Assembly: GCA_016839515.1 (NCBI GenBank)
Contig: JAEOUE010000211.1
Location: 1-17,040 of the forward strand
Length of the DNA stretch: 17,040 nucleotides
DNA from: Candidatus Hodarchaeum mangrovi
GTDB taxonomy: Archaea; Asgardarchaeota; Heimdallarchaeia; Hodarchaeales; Hodarchaeaceae
Reading direction: 5' to 3'
The position numbers and the translations under genes were made by a program. The notes beneath the pieces were generated by a model that was not told where the DNA came from, did not search any database, and saw only the letters and a program-made list of their open reading frames with translations. Below are positions 15,561-17,040 of this stretch, piece after piece (the first letter of the stretch is position 1; every line of letters starts with the position of its first letter).

Positions 15561-16589
15561 TTATTGATAACAGAATTGTTCTTTTAAACGTCTTAGTGCA
15601 GTTAAATCTCCTAGCAATAATATTTTTGCACCACTCTCGACTTTATCATCATAATCTGGATGAGCTATATTATTAATAGCAAGAATAGTTATTTCATATT
15701 CAGCTTCAAGAGATTCAATTGTTACAGGTGTAAAATTTGCATTTAGGGTCAATTCCAATAGATGAAAATCTCTCCCTGTTTTCTTTGATTGAAAAGTTTG
15801 AATAATTCCATCTTCAAATGACCGAGCAACAAATGTTCTAGCAGTGATAGCAGAAGTACTTATTGCAGCATCTATTCCAAAGATAGCTGTCACTTTTTGG
15901 GCAAAGACTTGGTCAAAAACTCTGATGACAGTCCGTAGCTTTGGATTCAGCTCTTTTGCTTTGATTGCAATCCTAAAATTTTCCAAATCATCATTAGTTA
16001 CAACAATCAATGCTCTAGCTTTCGTAATACCAGCACCTTGTAGAGTTTTCTTCCGAGATGCATCACCAAATATTATTGCAACTTCCCTATTTTCTAATAA
16101 TTGCTCTACAAATTCGGTGTGCTTTTCTGACTCCAAGGTTACTATAGTTGTTGAAATGTTTTGGGAAATGAGCTCCTCTAAAATTCGAGTGCCTACATTC
16201 CCTAAACCTACCAAAATTGTATGATTATTCATTGTTTTTGCCATCCATTTATTCCATTCAGTCATTCGGTTTCGAAATGTAAATGCAACAACACTAAACT
16301 CAATAATACCAATTCCAACTATTATCAACCCCAGAAAAGGATATAGTACATAAATAAGTTTTAAAATGATTGATCCTTCATATGGGAATGAATAGATGTC
16401 CATTGCAAACATTAAAGCTATTGTAGCAAGCGAAGAATCGATAAGATTTCCTGTAAACTGTAGATCATATTCAGAAGAATAATAATACTGAAAAATAATT
16501 GTTCCAATTAAAATTGATAGTAGTAGATATAATAAAACGAACTTTAGCCTACTAAAAACTATAACAAATGATCGGAGGAATATCTTCAT
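15561..16589 (-). CDS. TrkA/RCK-domain ion-channel-like protein (2 TM + pore-like helix + TrkA-N + partial TrkA-C)
   Basis: NHTILVGLGNVG, IFGDAS, AGITKARALIVVTNDDLEN and AKELNPKLRTVIR motifs, preceded by an N-terminal membrane module. Confidence 0.85.
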   Translation of the reverse strand: MKIFLRSFVIVFSRLKFVLLYLLLSILIGTIIFQYYYSSEYDLQFTGNLIDSSLATIALMFAMDIYSFPYEGSIILKLIYVLYPFLGLIIVGIGIIEFSVVAFTFRNRMTEWNKWMAKTMNNHTILVGLGNVGTRILEELISQNISTTIVTLESEKHTEFVEQLLENREVAIIFGDASRKKTLQGAGITKARALIVVTNDDLENFRIAIKAKELNPKLRTVIRVFDQVFAQKVTAIFGIDAAISTSAITARTFVARSFEDGIIQTFQSKKTGRDFHLLELTLNANFTPVTIESLEAEYEITILAINNIAHPDYDDKVESGAKILLLGDLTALRRLKEQFCYQ

Positions 16590-16684
16590 ATTTATATTTC
16601 TCCAGAAAATACGTTTCCATTCATCTAAGGATTTGAATACAAGGCTTTTGGCTTCGATGCAATACTTTAATTGAATAGTAAATT

Positions 16685-16882
16685 CTATTTTTTGTTCTTC
16701 ATTTTTGAATTTTTATCCAATTTTGTTTTTAATTCTTTTTTAATCCTATTAGCATCTTTATATTTCATAATAGCCTCTTTTTTCTTTCCGATGGCTTTTA
16801 CTTCAAGTTTATTAGCCTCTTTCATCTTCTCTTTAGCTTCTTTAACTTTTTTTTGTGCTTTCTCCTTTAATTTATCACTCAA
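16685..16882 (-). CDS. Small Lys-rich coiled-coil protein (65 aa)
   Basis: GGAGG at 16897-16893 precedes the TTG at 16882. Strong heptad periodicity. Confidence 0.7.
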   Translation of the reverse strand: MSDKLKEKAQKKVKEAKEKMKEANKLEVKAIGKKKEAIMKYKDANRIKKELKTKLDKNSKMKNKK

Positions 16883-17040
16883 TGTAATTAAACCTCCAAA
16901 ATTCATTATTCATTTTTCTAATATTAACATATAAAAGAATTAGTACAAATAAACGATTTTAAATTTCAATCTTTCACAAATCATGAACTCTATGGTATTT
17001 TCTCTACATTCTTTTAATTTAGTTATTGGTGCTTGCAATG

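Noticed and set aside
14926-16224. Plus-strand ORFs 14926-15210 and 15844-16224
   Set aside because: Antisense shadows of the membrane protein and TrkA genes.
16671-16934. 87-aa Phe-rich plus-strand ORF
   Set aside because: Phe richness is the mirror of AAA/GAA codons in the minus-strand gene, which has the SD site and heptad pattern.
16940-17040. Possible 3' end of a minus-strand gene (LQAPITKLKECRENT...)
   Set aside because: Too short and motif-free to support without the adjacent sequence.
1-17040. CRISPR arrays, tRNA/rRNA, IS elements, defence systems
   Set aside because: No regularly spaced repeats, GC-rich structured RNA tracts, or transposase/integrase/Cas motifs were seen by eye.

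Overview
AT-rich (roughly one-third GC by eye), tightly packed chromosomal segment from an anaerobic prokaryote. An archaeon, plausibly Asgard-type, is inferred from TATA-like promoters, oligo-T tracts, archaeal-style LeuD/HacB, AOR and Hsp20, and orphan membrane proteins. The left ~11 kb is a metabolic block: the 3' end of a LeuD/HacB small subunit, a PAS histidine kinase, a DUF362 2x[4Fe-4S] protein, a W/Mo aldehyde:ferredoxin oxidoreductase, a HEAT-repeat protein, and an HD hydrolase-beta-decarboxylating dehydrogenase-MoaD run transcribed divergently from a lone citrate lyase alpha subunit (citF). The right ~6 kb holds a DinB-family protein, an extended SDR, several membrane proteins, a Cys-rich Hsp20, a TrkA/RCK channel-like protein lacking GYG, and a small Lys-rich coiled-coil protein. 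The best candidate for an undescribed system is citF + HD + NADP-signature dehydrogenase + LeuCD-type hydratase, a possible non-canonical (homo)citrate/2-oxoglutarate route. A 118-codon membrane-protein gene missed by the ORF track (ATA start, one in-frame TGA) lies at 11079-11432. No rRNA, tRNA, CRISPR array or mobile element was recognised.
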